Assembly: GCA_965370955.1 (NCBI GenBank)
Contig: CBDUWP010000001.1
Location: 2,122-66,121 of the forward strand
Reading direction: 5' to 3'
Origin: an uncultured bacterium
GTDB lineage: Bacteria; Planctomycetota; Phycisphaerae; Sedimentisphaerales; Anaerobacaceae
DNA: 64,000 nucleotides
The notes under the pieces are model-generated. The model made no database searches. It saw only the letters and a list, made by a program, of their open reading frames with translations, and was not told where the DNA came from. Made by a program: the position numbers and the translations under genes. This document shows positions 18,742-27,050 of the stretch, piece after piece; the first letter of the stretch is position 1, and each line of letters begins with the position of its first letter.

Positions 18742-18837
18742 AAAATCGTGAAAGTATAAAGTCTGACAAGTGACAAAGAAAAATGATGTAAACTAATATA
18801 TGAATATGTAAATCACGGAGGCTACAAAAGAGATCGT

Positions 18838-19641
18838 ATGGCGAATGTACATCCATCCGCTGTTATTGCGGAAAATGTTGAGCTGGCAGAAAATGTTGTC
18901 ATAGGGCCAAATTGTGTTGTCGGAAAAGGCAGCTCGATCGGAAGTGGTTCAACCTTACTGGCTAATGTTATTGTCGGGCGAGATGTCACTATCGGTGAAA
19001 ATAATCAAATGTCACCTAATGCTGTTGTTGGAGGCCAGCCGCAAATCTTGGGGCTAGGGCCAGATGGCGAATATGGAAAGCTGACCATCGGAAACAATAA
19101 CATTATTAGAGAAAATGTCACTATACATCCAAGTATGCATCCCGATAAAACCACCAAAATTGGCAATAGCAATTTGCTGATGGTTGGAGTGCATATCGGA
19201 CATGATTGCGAGTTAGAAGATGATATTGTCTTTAGCAACTATACGCAAATATCAGGTCACTGTCATATTCAACAGGGAGTGTGGTTCAGCGGAATGGTGC
19301 TGGTGCATCAATTTATCACGATCGGGAAATGGTGCTATGCAGCGGGAATGGCTGGCATAAATCATGATGTGCCGCCGTTTGTGATCGTTAGCGGACACTA
19401 TCCGCCAACAATTAGAGGTATAAACAAACGAGGACTCTCAAGGGCTGGGCTAAACGAAAAGCAGCAAAAAGAAATTATGGCTGCCTATAAAAAGCTTTAT
19501 CGAAATGGAAAAAACTTGATTAAAAATGCGCAGCAAATGAAAGATGAAGGAAACAATCCCGAAAATGTAAAGGCTATGATCGATATTATTATCAACGGAA
19601 GCAAACATCGATATGGCCGACATCTCGAATTGTTCAGGTAA
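18838..19641 (+). CDS. lpxA: Acyl-ACP--UDP-N-acetylglucosamine O-acyltransferase
   Basis: Hexapeptide-repeat beta-helix (IHPSAVI..., IGHDCELEDDIVFSNYTQISGHCHI) with a helical C-terminal domain. Confidence 0.9.
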   Translation: MANVHPSAVIAENVELAENVVIGPNCVVGKGSSIGSGSTLLANVIVGRDVTIGENNQMSPNAVVGGQPQILGLGPDGEYGKLTIGNNNIIRENVTIHPSMHPDKTTKIGNSNLLMVGVHIGHDCELEDDIVFSNYTQISGHCHIQQGVWFSGMVLVHQFITIGKWCYAAGMAGINHDVPPFVIVSGHYPPTIRGINKRGLSRAGLNEKQQKEIMAAYKKLYRNGKNLIKNAQQMKDEGNNPENVKAMIDIIINGSKHRYGRHLELFR

Positions 19642-19691
19642 CAAAAAAAACTCTATCTGATGATTATTACTTTAATATCTATGAGGTTAAG

Positions 19692-20699
19692 ATGACTAAA
19701 TTACGGACCGCTGTTGTTGGAGCGGGGAAAATGGGTTCGATTCATGCTAAGGTTTATAGCAGCTTGCCGGATAGCGAACTGGTGGCAATCGTCGATAGTG
19801 ATGAAAAAAGAGCAAAGAAAATCGCTAAAAAATTTAAATGTCAAGCAATAACCGACTGCGAAAATCTGATAGGGAAAGTCGATGCTGTGACAATAGCTAC
19901 ACCAACTGTAACGCATATGCAGTTGGCGGAAATTTTTATAAAAAATAAAATAGCAGTACTAATCGAAAAGCCATTAGCCGAAACCGTCGAGCAATGTCAA
20001 AAAATCGTGGCTCTGGCAAAAGAATATGATACCGTCGTGGCTGTGGGACATTCGGAAAGATGTAATCCTGTGATCCAAGCTGTGAAAAGATTGCAGATTA
20101 AACCACTGTTTATTGAGGCTGTCAGAATAAGCCCGTATCCGTTTAGATCGACGGATGTTGGCGTGGTGCTGGATGTGATGATTCATGATATTGATATAAT
20201 TTTGTCACTGGCGGCAAGCAAAGTCAAAGAAGTGCAAGCGATAGGAGTCGGCGTGATTGATAATGATGAAGATATCTGTAACGCTAGAATTACGTTTGAA
20301 AATGGATGCGTGGCTAATGTCACCGCCAGCAGAATAGCAATGAAAACTGAACGAAAAGTCAGACTCTTTAGCAAAAAAGCCTATCTGAGCCTAGACTATT
20401 TCAAAAAGGCTGGAACCATCGTTAAAGCAAATACAGACAATGTCGATGTCGTAAAAAAAATCAGGCAACTGAAAAATGCCGGGAAATTCGACCTCTTGAC
20501 AACTAATTGGTCAGAGCTTTTCCATATAGAAAAATTGCAAATCGATGACAAAGAACCGCTGAAAGTTGAACAAGAGGCTTTTCTAAAGGCTGTCGCAGAC
20601 CGAAATTATCAGCCGGAAGTGGGAGCAGAAGAAGGAGCGGCTGCTATCGAATGTGCACATAAAATATTGGAATCATTACAAAAGCATCAATTAGATTGA
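19692..20699 (+). CDS. Gfo/Idh/MocA-family NAD(P)-dependent oxidoreductase
   Basis: Canonical N-terminal Rossmann motif LRTAVVGAGKMGSIHAKVY and EKPLA motif. The gene lies immediately downstream of lpxA. Confidence 0.8.
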   Translation: MTKLRTAVVGAGKMGSIHAKVYSSLPDSELVAIVDSDEKRAKKIAKKFKCQAITDCENLIGKVDAVTIATPTVTHMQLAEIFIKNKIAVLIEKPLAETVEQCQKIVALAKEYDTVVAVGHSERCNPVIQAVKRLQIKPLFIEAVRISPYPFRSTDVGVVLDVMIHDIDIILSLAASKVKEVQAIGVGVIDNDEDICNARITFENGCVANVTASRIAMKTERKVRLFSKKAYLSLDYFKKAGTIVKANTDNVDVVKKIRQLKNAGKFDLLTTNWSELFHIEKLQIDDKEPLKVEQEAFLKAVADRNYQPEVGAEEGAAAIECAHKILESLQKHQLD

Positions 20700-20705
20700 G
20701 AAAGT

Positions 20706-21128
20706 ATGTCGATGATGGAAATTGCCGGATCTGTCACAATCAATAGCTGTACAATTGTTGTCGTGCCGAGATATTGCGAAACCGACCAAGGGGCAGTAGT
20801 GCATCATAGTGTCTATCCAATATGGCTGGAAATGGGCAGAACACAATTGCTAAAAGATAACGAATTGGCTTATAAAGATCTCGAAGCAAAAGGTGTGTTT
20901 TTCGTTATCGCTGAACTCAAAATAAAATATCGAAGGCCGGCAAAATATGATTGTCCAGTGAAAATCGTTACAACCTGCACAAATGTTACCGCGAGCAAAA
21001 TCCAGCATGAATATGTCCTGACAGATGAAGAAACAGGGGAAATACTAGCGCAAGCAGAAACAGTTTTGGCTTGTGTCGGAACGGATAAAAAAATCAGACG
21101 CATACCGAAATTTATGTATCCAGCATAA
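20706..21128 (+). CDS. 4HBT/YbgC-like acyl-CoA (or acyl-ACP) thioesterase
   Basis: 140 aa hotdog-fold pattern: VVVPRYCETDQGAVVHHSVYPIWLEMGRTQLL. It lies 6 nt downstream of the oxidoreductase gene. Confidence 0.75.
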   Translation: MSMMEIAGSVTINSCTIVVVPRYCETDQGAVVHHSVYPIWLEMGRTQLLKDNELAYKDLEAKGVFFVIAELKIKYRRPAKYDCPVKIVTTCTNVTASKIQHEYVLTDEETGEILAQAETVLACVGTDKKIRRIPKFMYPA

Positions 21129-21160
21129 AGAGCCCTTTTGCCATATAAATCATTAATATG

Positions 21161-21189
21161 TTGACTTGAACCATGGGGTAAATTACACT
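21161..21189 (+). promoter_or_regulatory. Sigma70-like promoter candidate upstream of purF
   Basis: TTGACT (21161-21166), a 17-nt spacer and TACACT (21184-21189). This is a consensus match only. Confidence 0.3.
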
Positions 21190-21211
21190 CCAGACTACTG
21201 TTGAATTGTTC

Positions 21212-22678
21212 ATGAATCCTAATCGAGAACCTGCGGATATGACTGATAAAAAAGAAAATTGCGGCGTCTTTGGTGTGTTTGGAGATGACGGAGCTGTACA
21301 AAGAACCTTTTTCGGCTTACATAGTCTGCAGCATAGAGGACAAGAATCAGCTGGAATCGCAGCAAGCGACGGAGAATATATCTCGTGCCACACAGGAATG
21401 GGAACCGTCAAACGAGTCTTTAGAAATCATCGCGATACTCTCGATACATTAAAAGGCGATGTCGCTATCGGGCATGTGAGATATTCGACGACAGGGTCAT
21501 CGCAAATTATTAATAGTCAACCAATTCTGCTGGGCTATTCCAGAGGGCAGGTCGCGATAGCACATAATGGAAATTTGATAAATGCCTCGCTTTTAAGAGA
21601 TGAATATGAGGCTTATGGAAGCATATTCAAATCAACATGCGATACGGAAATTATTGCACATCTTTTAGCTAAGCCAAGCCATGTGGCAAAACCAGATCCG
21701 TTGGCGCATGTGCTGAACCATTTGCAGGGGGCCTATTGCATCCTGTTCCTATTTGAAGATCGAATCGAGGCGGCTAGAGACCCTTACGGAGTGCATCCAT
21801 TATGCGTCGGAAAAACCGACGAAGGAAAATTTGTCGTGGCTAGCGAATCATGTGCGCTGGATGCAGTCGATGCAGAATTTATTCGAGAAGTAGAGCCGGG
21901 AGAAATTGTTACACTAAATAAAGATGGACTGTCAAGCAGATTCTTTGCAGGGCCTAAGGCTGTTACGCCGGGACACTGCATCTTTGAACATATATATTTC
22001 GCTAAACAAAACAGCTTCTTCTTCGGCGAAAATGTCCATATGTTCAGGAAAAAAATTGGAAGGCAACTCGCTATCGAATTTCCGGCTGATGCAGATGTGG
22101 TTATACCGGTGCCGGACTCAGGGACAGCGGCTGCAATTGGATTCGCAGAAGAAAGTGGACTCCCCTTTGATATGGGACTAATTAGAAGTCGCTATGTCGG
22201 AAGAACGTTTATAGCACCGGATCAAAAGCTGAGGGAAATGGCTGTCAAAATGAAACTTGCACCTGTTAAGCAGGTGGTCGATGGAAAAAGAGTGGTCGTA
22301 GTGGACGACTCTATCGTGAGAGGGACTACGACAAAAGGGAAAATTAAGGCTTTGAGAAAAGCTGGAGCAAAAGAAATACATGTGAGAATTAGCTGTCCGC
22401 CGATTCGATTCCCATGTTTTTATGGGGTAGATTTTCCAACGAAAAAAGAACTCGTGGCAAACGATAGAACCGTTGAACAAATCAGAGAATTTCTAGACGT
22501 GGATTCGCTGGGCTATATCTCGCTGGAAGGATTGCTCGATTGCGGAGTCTTGCCGAATGATCATTATTGTACGGCGTGCTGGAGCGGAAAATATAAAATA
22601 CCTGTCGATAAAGCAGTTAATAAGTTCGCAATGGAATATAATAATATGCCGCTGTTCGATCAAAATTATGAGCAGTAA
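21212..22678 (+). CDS. purF: Amidophosphoribosyltransferase
   Basis: Ntn-type catalytic Cys in ...ENCGVFGVFG, a PRTase motif VVVVDDSIVRGTT, and C-terminal Fe-S cysteines. The start is uncertain (TTG 21206, ATG 21212 or ATG 21239); a short propeptide precedes the Cys. Confidence 0.93.
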   Translation: MNPNREPADMTDKKENCGVFGVFGDDGAVQRTFFGLHSLQHRGQESAGIAASDGEYISCHTGMGTVKRVFRNHRDTLDTLKGDVAIGHVRYSTTGSSQIINSQPILLGYSRGQVAIAHNGNLINASLLRDEYEAYGSIFKSTCDTEIIAHLLAKPSHVAKPDPLAHVLNHLQGAYCILFLFEDRIEAARDPYGVHPLCVGKTDEGKFVVASESCALDAVDAEFIREVEPGEIVTLNKDGLSSRFFAGPKAVTPGHCIFEHIYFAKQNSFFFGENVHMFRKKIGRQLAIEFPADADVVIPVPDSGTAAAIGFAEESGLPFDMGLIRSRYVGRTFIAPDQKLREMAVKMKLAPVKQVVDGKRVVVVDDSIVRGTTTKGKIKALRKAGAKEIHVRISCPPIRFPCFYGVDFPTKKELVANDRTVEQIREFLDVDSLGYISLEGLLDCGVLPNDHYCTACWSGKYKIPVDKAVNKFAMEYNNMPLFDQNYEQ

Positions 22679-22695
22679 AAGGACGCTGAATATAA

Positions 22696-23763
22696 ATGGC
22701 TGACAATTTGACATACGAAGATTCTGGCGTCAATATCGATGCGAATGACCAGATGGTAGATAAAATCTACTCGTCTGTGTCGTCGACCTTTGGGCCGAGA
22801 GTTATGGCACTAAAGGGCGGGTTCGCGGGAATGTTTCGGCTGGATTATGACGAAAAATTGTTCCGAAAAAATTATAAAGAGCCAGTACTTGTCGCATGTA
22901 CAGATGGCGTCGGAAGCAAGGTGCAGCTGGCGTCAGAAATGAAAAAATATGATACGGTCGGTATCGATCTGGTGGCGATGAGCGTGAATGATATGCTTGT
23001 GCAAGGCGCGGAGCCACTATTTTTTTTGGACTATATCGCTGTGCATAAACTCGACCCGGAAAATATCGCAGAAATGGTTAAAGGCGTGGCAGATGGCTGC
23101 AAAGATGCAGGATGTGCACTGATCGGCGGAGAAACAGCTGAAATGCCGGGGACATATAAAGAAAAAGATTTTGATATGGCCGGTTTCGCTGTCGGAGTGG
23201 TCGAACGAAAAAAAATCATCGATGGGAAAAATGTTAAAGCTGGGGACGTCCTCTTAGGGCTGGCCTCAAGCGGTATCCATAGTAATGGCTATTCGCTGGT
23301 GAGAAATATATGCTTCAAAAAAGGCGGGCTCAAAATGACGGATATGCCGCCGGAACTAAAAGGGAAAACGCTGGGCGAAGTACTGCTGGAGCCGACAAAA
23401 ATTTATGTTGAGCCTGTGATAAAATTGCTGGCAAAATATAAAACCAAAGCAATAGTCCATGCAATGGTCCATATCACCGGCGGCGGACTTATCGGAAATA
23501 TACCGAGAGTGCTGCCGAAAAATTGCAGTGCTGTACTGGAAAAAGATGCGTGGCAAGTACCAGATATTTTTGAATTCCTACAAAGAAGAGGGCCAGTCGC
23601 AGAAGATGAAATGTTCAAAGTTTTTAATATGGGGATCGGGTTTGTATTGGTAGTTGCTGAAGATTTTGCGAAATCAGTCGAAGCGAAATTGACAGATTAT
23701 GGCCAAAAAGTCTACCAAATCGGGCGAGTGATCGAAGGTGATCAAAAAGTTATATTGAAATAG
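22696..23763 (+). CDS. purM: Phosphoribosylformylglycinamidine cyclo-ligase (AIR synthetase)
   Basis: CTDGVGSKV, DLVAMSVNDMLVQGAEPLFFLDY and GGETAEMPG motifs. Confidence 0.95.
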   Translation: MADNLTYEDSGVNIDANDQMVDKIYSSVSSTFGPRVMALKGGFAGMFRLDYDEKLFRKNYKEPVLVACTDGVGSKVQLASEMKKYDTVGIDLVAMSVNDMLVQGAEPLFFLDYIAVHKLDPENIAEMVKGVADGCKDAGCALIGGETAEMPGTYKEKDFDMAGFAVGVVERKKIIDGKNVKAGDVLLGLASSGIHSNGYSLVRNICFKKGGLKMTDMPPELKGKTLGEVLLEPTKIYVEPVIKLLAKYKTKAIVHAMVHITGGGLIGNIPRVLPKNCSAVLEKDAWQVPDIFEFLQRRGPVAEDEMFKVFNMGIGFVLVVAEDFAKSVEAKLTDYGQKVYQIGRVIEGDQKVILK

Positions 23764-23798
23764 GATACTGGGGCGTCTGGGCGAGATTAAACAAAAGG

Positions 23799-24737
23799 TT
23801 AAAGTGTGATGGGGGTTATCTTGACCTTTATTTGTTTGCCGGCTCCGGGCCAACTCATTTGATTGTGCCAATTCCAAGCTTTGGCGGTAGCGGCTTTGAT
23901 GCCTATCTCAAGAGCAAAGCTAAGCTTCGATGTCGCTAAAAAACTCTTAACAAAACCAGCTAAAAAATAGTCACCGCAGCCAGTTGTTGAAAAAACGTTA
24001 CTCTGGCGATTTACAAATTTGCCCGTGTAACTGTCTGTTTTGCTGGCGGCAATAGCGCCCTTGTCGCCGCGACTGACTAAAACTATTTCAACTCTGTCCA
24101 AAAAATGTTGGGCTGATTGGCAAATGGTCTCTGCGGATGAGTTGGATCTTATGCCGGCAAGTTGCGAAAATTCGGCAATGTTGGGTGAGATTAGCCATAG
24201 GCCGCCGGCTGATATTATTTCCTGAAAGGCTGGCCCGTAGCTATCTAATACAATTTTGGCAGACTTATCCTTACATAAATCGATGAGCTCCATTATCTCA
24301 ACAATAAATTCGTGCGGCAATTGGCCAGAAAAAATGCAGATGCTGTTACTGTCAATGATAGGTTCAAGGAGGGTTTTTAATTTGGAAAGGTTGACTCTAT
24401 CAGCTAGATCGGTTTGCTGGACGAGATGAAGTTCTCTTTTTTGATCGCTGTCAATCAAGGTCATGTTGCGGCGGGTGGGCCTATCCACTGTCACTATCTG
24501 TGTCGAAATCATTGCAGAAGAAATGGCTGACTGCATGTCACCGAAATCATTGCCCCAAAGGCCGCTGGCAATCGTGGCTTGACCCATCCATGCAAGTGCA
24601 GACGAAACATTAAGCGATTTACCGGCTGGTGACTCAGCTAATTTGTAAATGTTGCAGGTTGAATTATAGTCCAAATTGGGGCAGTTGTAAATGATGTCCC
24701 AAGCCGGCGAAAGGCCTATTGTGATGATCTTTGGCAT
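23799..24737 (-). CDS. PfkB-family carbohydrate kinase (1-phosphofructokinase/tagatose-6-P kinase-like)
   Basis: 312 aa. The N-terminus IITIGLSPAWDIIY and the C-terminal TTGCGDYFLAGF (GxGD anion hole) indicate the family. The substrate is not assignable. Confidence 0.7.
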   Translation of the reverse strand: MPKIITIGLSPAWDIIYNCPNLDYNSTCNIYKLAESPAGKSLNVSSALAWMGQATIASGLWGNDFGDMQSAISSAMISTQIVTVDRPTRRNMTLIDSDQKRELHLVQQTDLADRVNLSKLKTLLEPIIDSNSICIFSGQLPHEFIVEIMELIDLCKDKSAKIVLDSYGPAFQEIISAGGLWLISPNIAEFSQLAGIRSNSSAETICQSAQHFLDRVEIVLVSRGDKGAIAASKTDSYTGKFVNRQSNVFSTTGCGDYFLAGFVKSFLATSKLSFALEIGIKAATAKAWNWHNQMSWPGAGKQIKVKITPITL

Positions 24738-24926
24738 TTTCGGTTATCCGAAATAATCTAAAATTATGTGAAATTTGATAGCGATAACCATACTCTAGCA
24801 ATCTTTGATGGTTAAGCAAGGGATAAAAGCTGTTTGTGTTCTTGGACGATTTTTAGTAAAATCTAGCAGAAGATTTATAATTGCTGAAAGCTTAAAAATT
24901 GTTAATGGAAATTTGTGGATGGTAAA

Positions 24927-25814
24927 ATGCTGACTGATAATATATTGGATTTGATTGGAAATACACCGCTGTTGAAACTCAAAGATGAGCCGATTTTTAT
25001 GAAAGCTGAGTTTCTAAATCCGGGCGGATCAATAAAAGATAGAGTCGCAATGGCAATGCTGCAAGCGGCTGTGGCTGACGGAAAACTTAACGAAAACTCG
25101 ATAATCATAGAGCCGACAAGCGGAAATACCGGAATAGCACTAGCTATGGTGGGTAGACTGATGGGGTACAAAGTCGAAATCGTTATGCCGGAAGGAATGA
25201 GCGAAGAAAGAAAAAAATTGATTACGGCACTAGGAGCCAAACTAATTCTTACACCAGACGAGTTGAGCATTCCGGGAGCTGTCAAAAAAGCACAGGAATT
25301 GGCAAGAGAATCAAGCGAATATTTTATGCCGGATCAATTCAAAAACCCAGCTAATCCAAAAGTACATTACGAGCAAACAGCTGCCGAACTATGGCGACAA
25401 ACGAGCGGGCAAATCGATTGCTTCATCGCAGGAGTTGGCTCCGGAGGAACATTGCAGGGAGTAGGCAAATTCCTTAAAGAACATAAACCGTCAGTGAAAA
25501 TTGTGGCGGTCGAACCGAAAAATGTGGCGGCTCTGTTAGGACATGAGCCCGGATTACATCAAATACAGGGCATCGGAGACGGCTTCGTGCCGGAAATACT
25601 AGATGTCACTATGGTAGATGATGTGATCGAAGTGACTGACGAAGATGCTATCAGTACCACTAGGCAATTGAGTATGGATTACGGTTGTCTCGTCGGAATC
25701 AGCTCAGGTGCTAATGTGTGGGCGGCGAGGCAAATGGCTAAAAAAATCAAAGGAAATATCGCAACAGTATTGCCAGATAGAGCTGAAAGATATTTTAGTA
25801 CAGCACTTCTATAA
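24927..25814 (+). CDS. cysK: Cysteine synthase (O-acetylserine sulfhydrylase)
   Basis: LIGNTPLLKL, PTSGNTGIALA, GVGSGGTLQG and SSGAN motifs. ATG 24927 is preferred over GTG 24915. Confidence 0.9.
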   Translation: MLTDNILDLIGNTPLLKLKDEPIFMKAEFLNPGGSIKDRVAMAMLQAAVADGKLNENSIIIEPTSGNTGIALAMVGRLMGYKVEIVMPEGMSEERKKLITALGAKLILTPDELSIPGAVKKAQELARESSEYFMPDQFKNPANPKVHYEQTAAELWRQTSGQIDCFIAGVGSGGTLQGVGKFLKEHKPSVKIVAVEPKNVAALLGHEPGLHQIQGIGDGFVPEILDVTMVDDVIEVTDEDAISTTRQLSMDYGCLVGISSGANVWAARQMAKKIKGNIATVLPDRAERYFSTALL

Positions 25815-25905
25815 AACGTCGTTACCTGTAACAACTATAAGAAAGCAAGTGTTGTCGCTATTGAGAGGTTTAGTACAGCGCTACTATAAAACGATACTAC
25901 TGTAA
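25794..25905. repeat. Direct duplication of the cysK 3' end (two 37-38-bp copies, 75-bp period)
   Basis: Copy 1 (25794-25831) reads tttagtacagcacttctataaaacg... and contains the last 6 codons plus the stop of cysK. Copy 2 (25869-25905) reads tttagtacagcgctactataaaacg..., matches 23 of the first 25 nt, and again encodes FSTALL-stop. Confidence 0.8.
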
Positions 25906-25911
25906 AAAAAA

Positions 25912-27018
25912 TCAAGTCTTCATCGAATCCAACTCGAGCATGGCTATCGGTAAAAATATGATGATCGGAAGCCAAGCCCAAAGCTCAGGGATGATCCTGT
26001 CGCCGAAAATCGCCTCCGTTGCTAACATCTTACATACGAATGTCATGATATAACAAGAGGTGGTTGTTAGAAAACTGATCAAAATTGCAAACTTCATGCT
26101 CTTCGGGTCACGACAAACCAGAATGGGCAAGCTTATCATAAGCATAATCATGTTTATGATGGGGTCGGTGAAACGAAAATGCTTCTGACTGTAAAGCTGG
26201 GCGACATCCTTGATCATGGTCTTTTGTTTGGTGAGCTCGTTGAGCTGACGCATACTTAGCATGGGTTTATTACGAGATTTACATCTGACGGGGATGTCAC
26301 TGGCTGTTAAGTCTGTTTCGTAATAGTCAATTTTTCTGTCACCTAAACCACTGATCTTTTGAGTGAAACGGCCGTCCTCTAAATCCCATCGCTTTTGCGA
26401 TTTGTTATAAATGGCTTTTTTAGCTGTTATCAAACCCTTGACAGAACGTATGGGGGTGCCGGCTTCTGTTGCACGAACTATGATGGTGACATCGTGAAGA
26501 CTGGCTGTGGCGGTTTCAAATTTACGCGAGTTAATCAAGGAACCTTTGCTGTCTGTGATGAACCATACGTCGTAAGTTTCACCGCCGGCGGCGCTGTCGT
26601 GGCTTCTAACCAATTTACTGCTCAAAGGAGGAATCAAAAATTCCTGATCGACAATCAAAAGGCCAGTTAAAAGAATGGATAAAATAATAATCGGCATAAT
26701 GACCCGTTTAAGGCTTACGCCGGAAGACATTATGGCAACGAGCTCATTGTTGCGTACCATCTTGCCGAGTGAAAAGACTGCGGCGACAATGTTGATCATG
26801 CCTGCGAAATCACGAAAATATAACGTTAAATTTAAACCGTAATAACCAATAATAGCTTTGACTATTGCAAAATTACTCAAACCCTGATCAGACAGCTCTG
26901 CGAATTCATCGAGATTGACAAACAAGTCAATGATGACGCGAAGGCCTATTAAAACACCAAAGGCAATCACATAGCCGAGCAAAAAGTTTTTGGCAACATA
27001 TTTATCTAAAATTTTCAT
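25912..27018 (-). CDS. LptF/LptG-family LPS export permease
   Basis: 368 aa. The N-terminus ILDKYVAKNFLLGYVIAFGVLIGL and a 3+3 TM layout around a periplasmic domain of about 130 aa fit the family. It is adjacent to a second family member. Confidence 0.8.
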   Translation of the reverse strand: MKILDKYVAKNFLLGYVIAFGVLIGLRVIIDLFVNLDEFAELSDQGLSNFAIVKAIIGYYGLNLTLYFRDFAGMINIVAAVFSLGKMVRNNELVAIMSSGVSLKRVIMPIIILSILLTGLLIVDQEFLIPPLSSKLVRSHDSAAGGETYDVWFITDSKGSLINSRKFETATASLHDVTIIVRATEAGTPIRSVKGLITAKKAIYNKSQKRWDLEDGRFTQKISGLGDRKIDYYETDLTASDIPVRCKSRNKPMLSMRQLNELTKQKTMIKDVAQLYSQKHFRFTDPIINMIMLMISLPILVCRDPKSMKFAILISFLTTTSCYIMTFVCKMLATEAIFGDRIIPELWAWLPIIIFLPIAMLELDSMKT

Positions 27019-27050
27019 GTTATATCAACTGACCAAAATTTATAATGAAA

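Noticed and set aside
24741-24792. A 7-bp inverted repeat, GGTTATC, 32 nt, GATAACC, in the pfkB/cysK divergent promoter region, considered as an operator.
   Set aside because: It is a single short inverted repeat with a long spacer in AT-rich DNA and could easily occur by chance. There is no regulator gene nearby to link it to.
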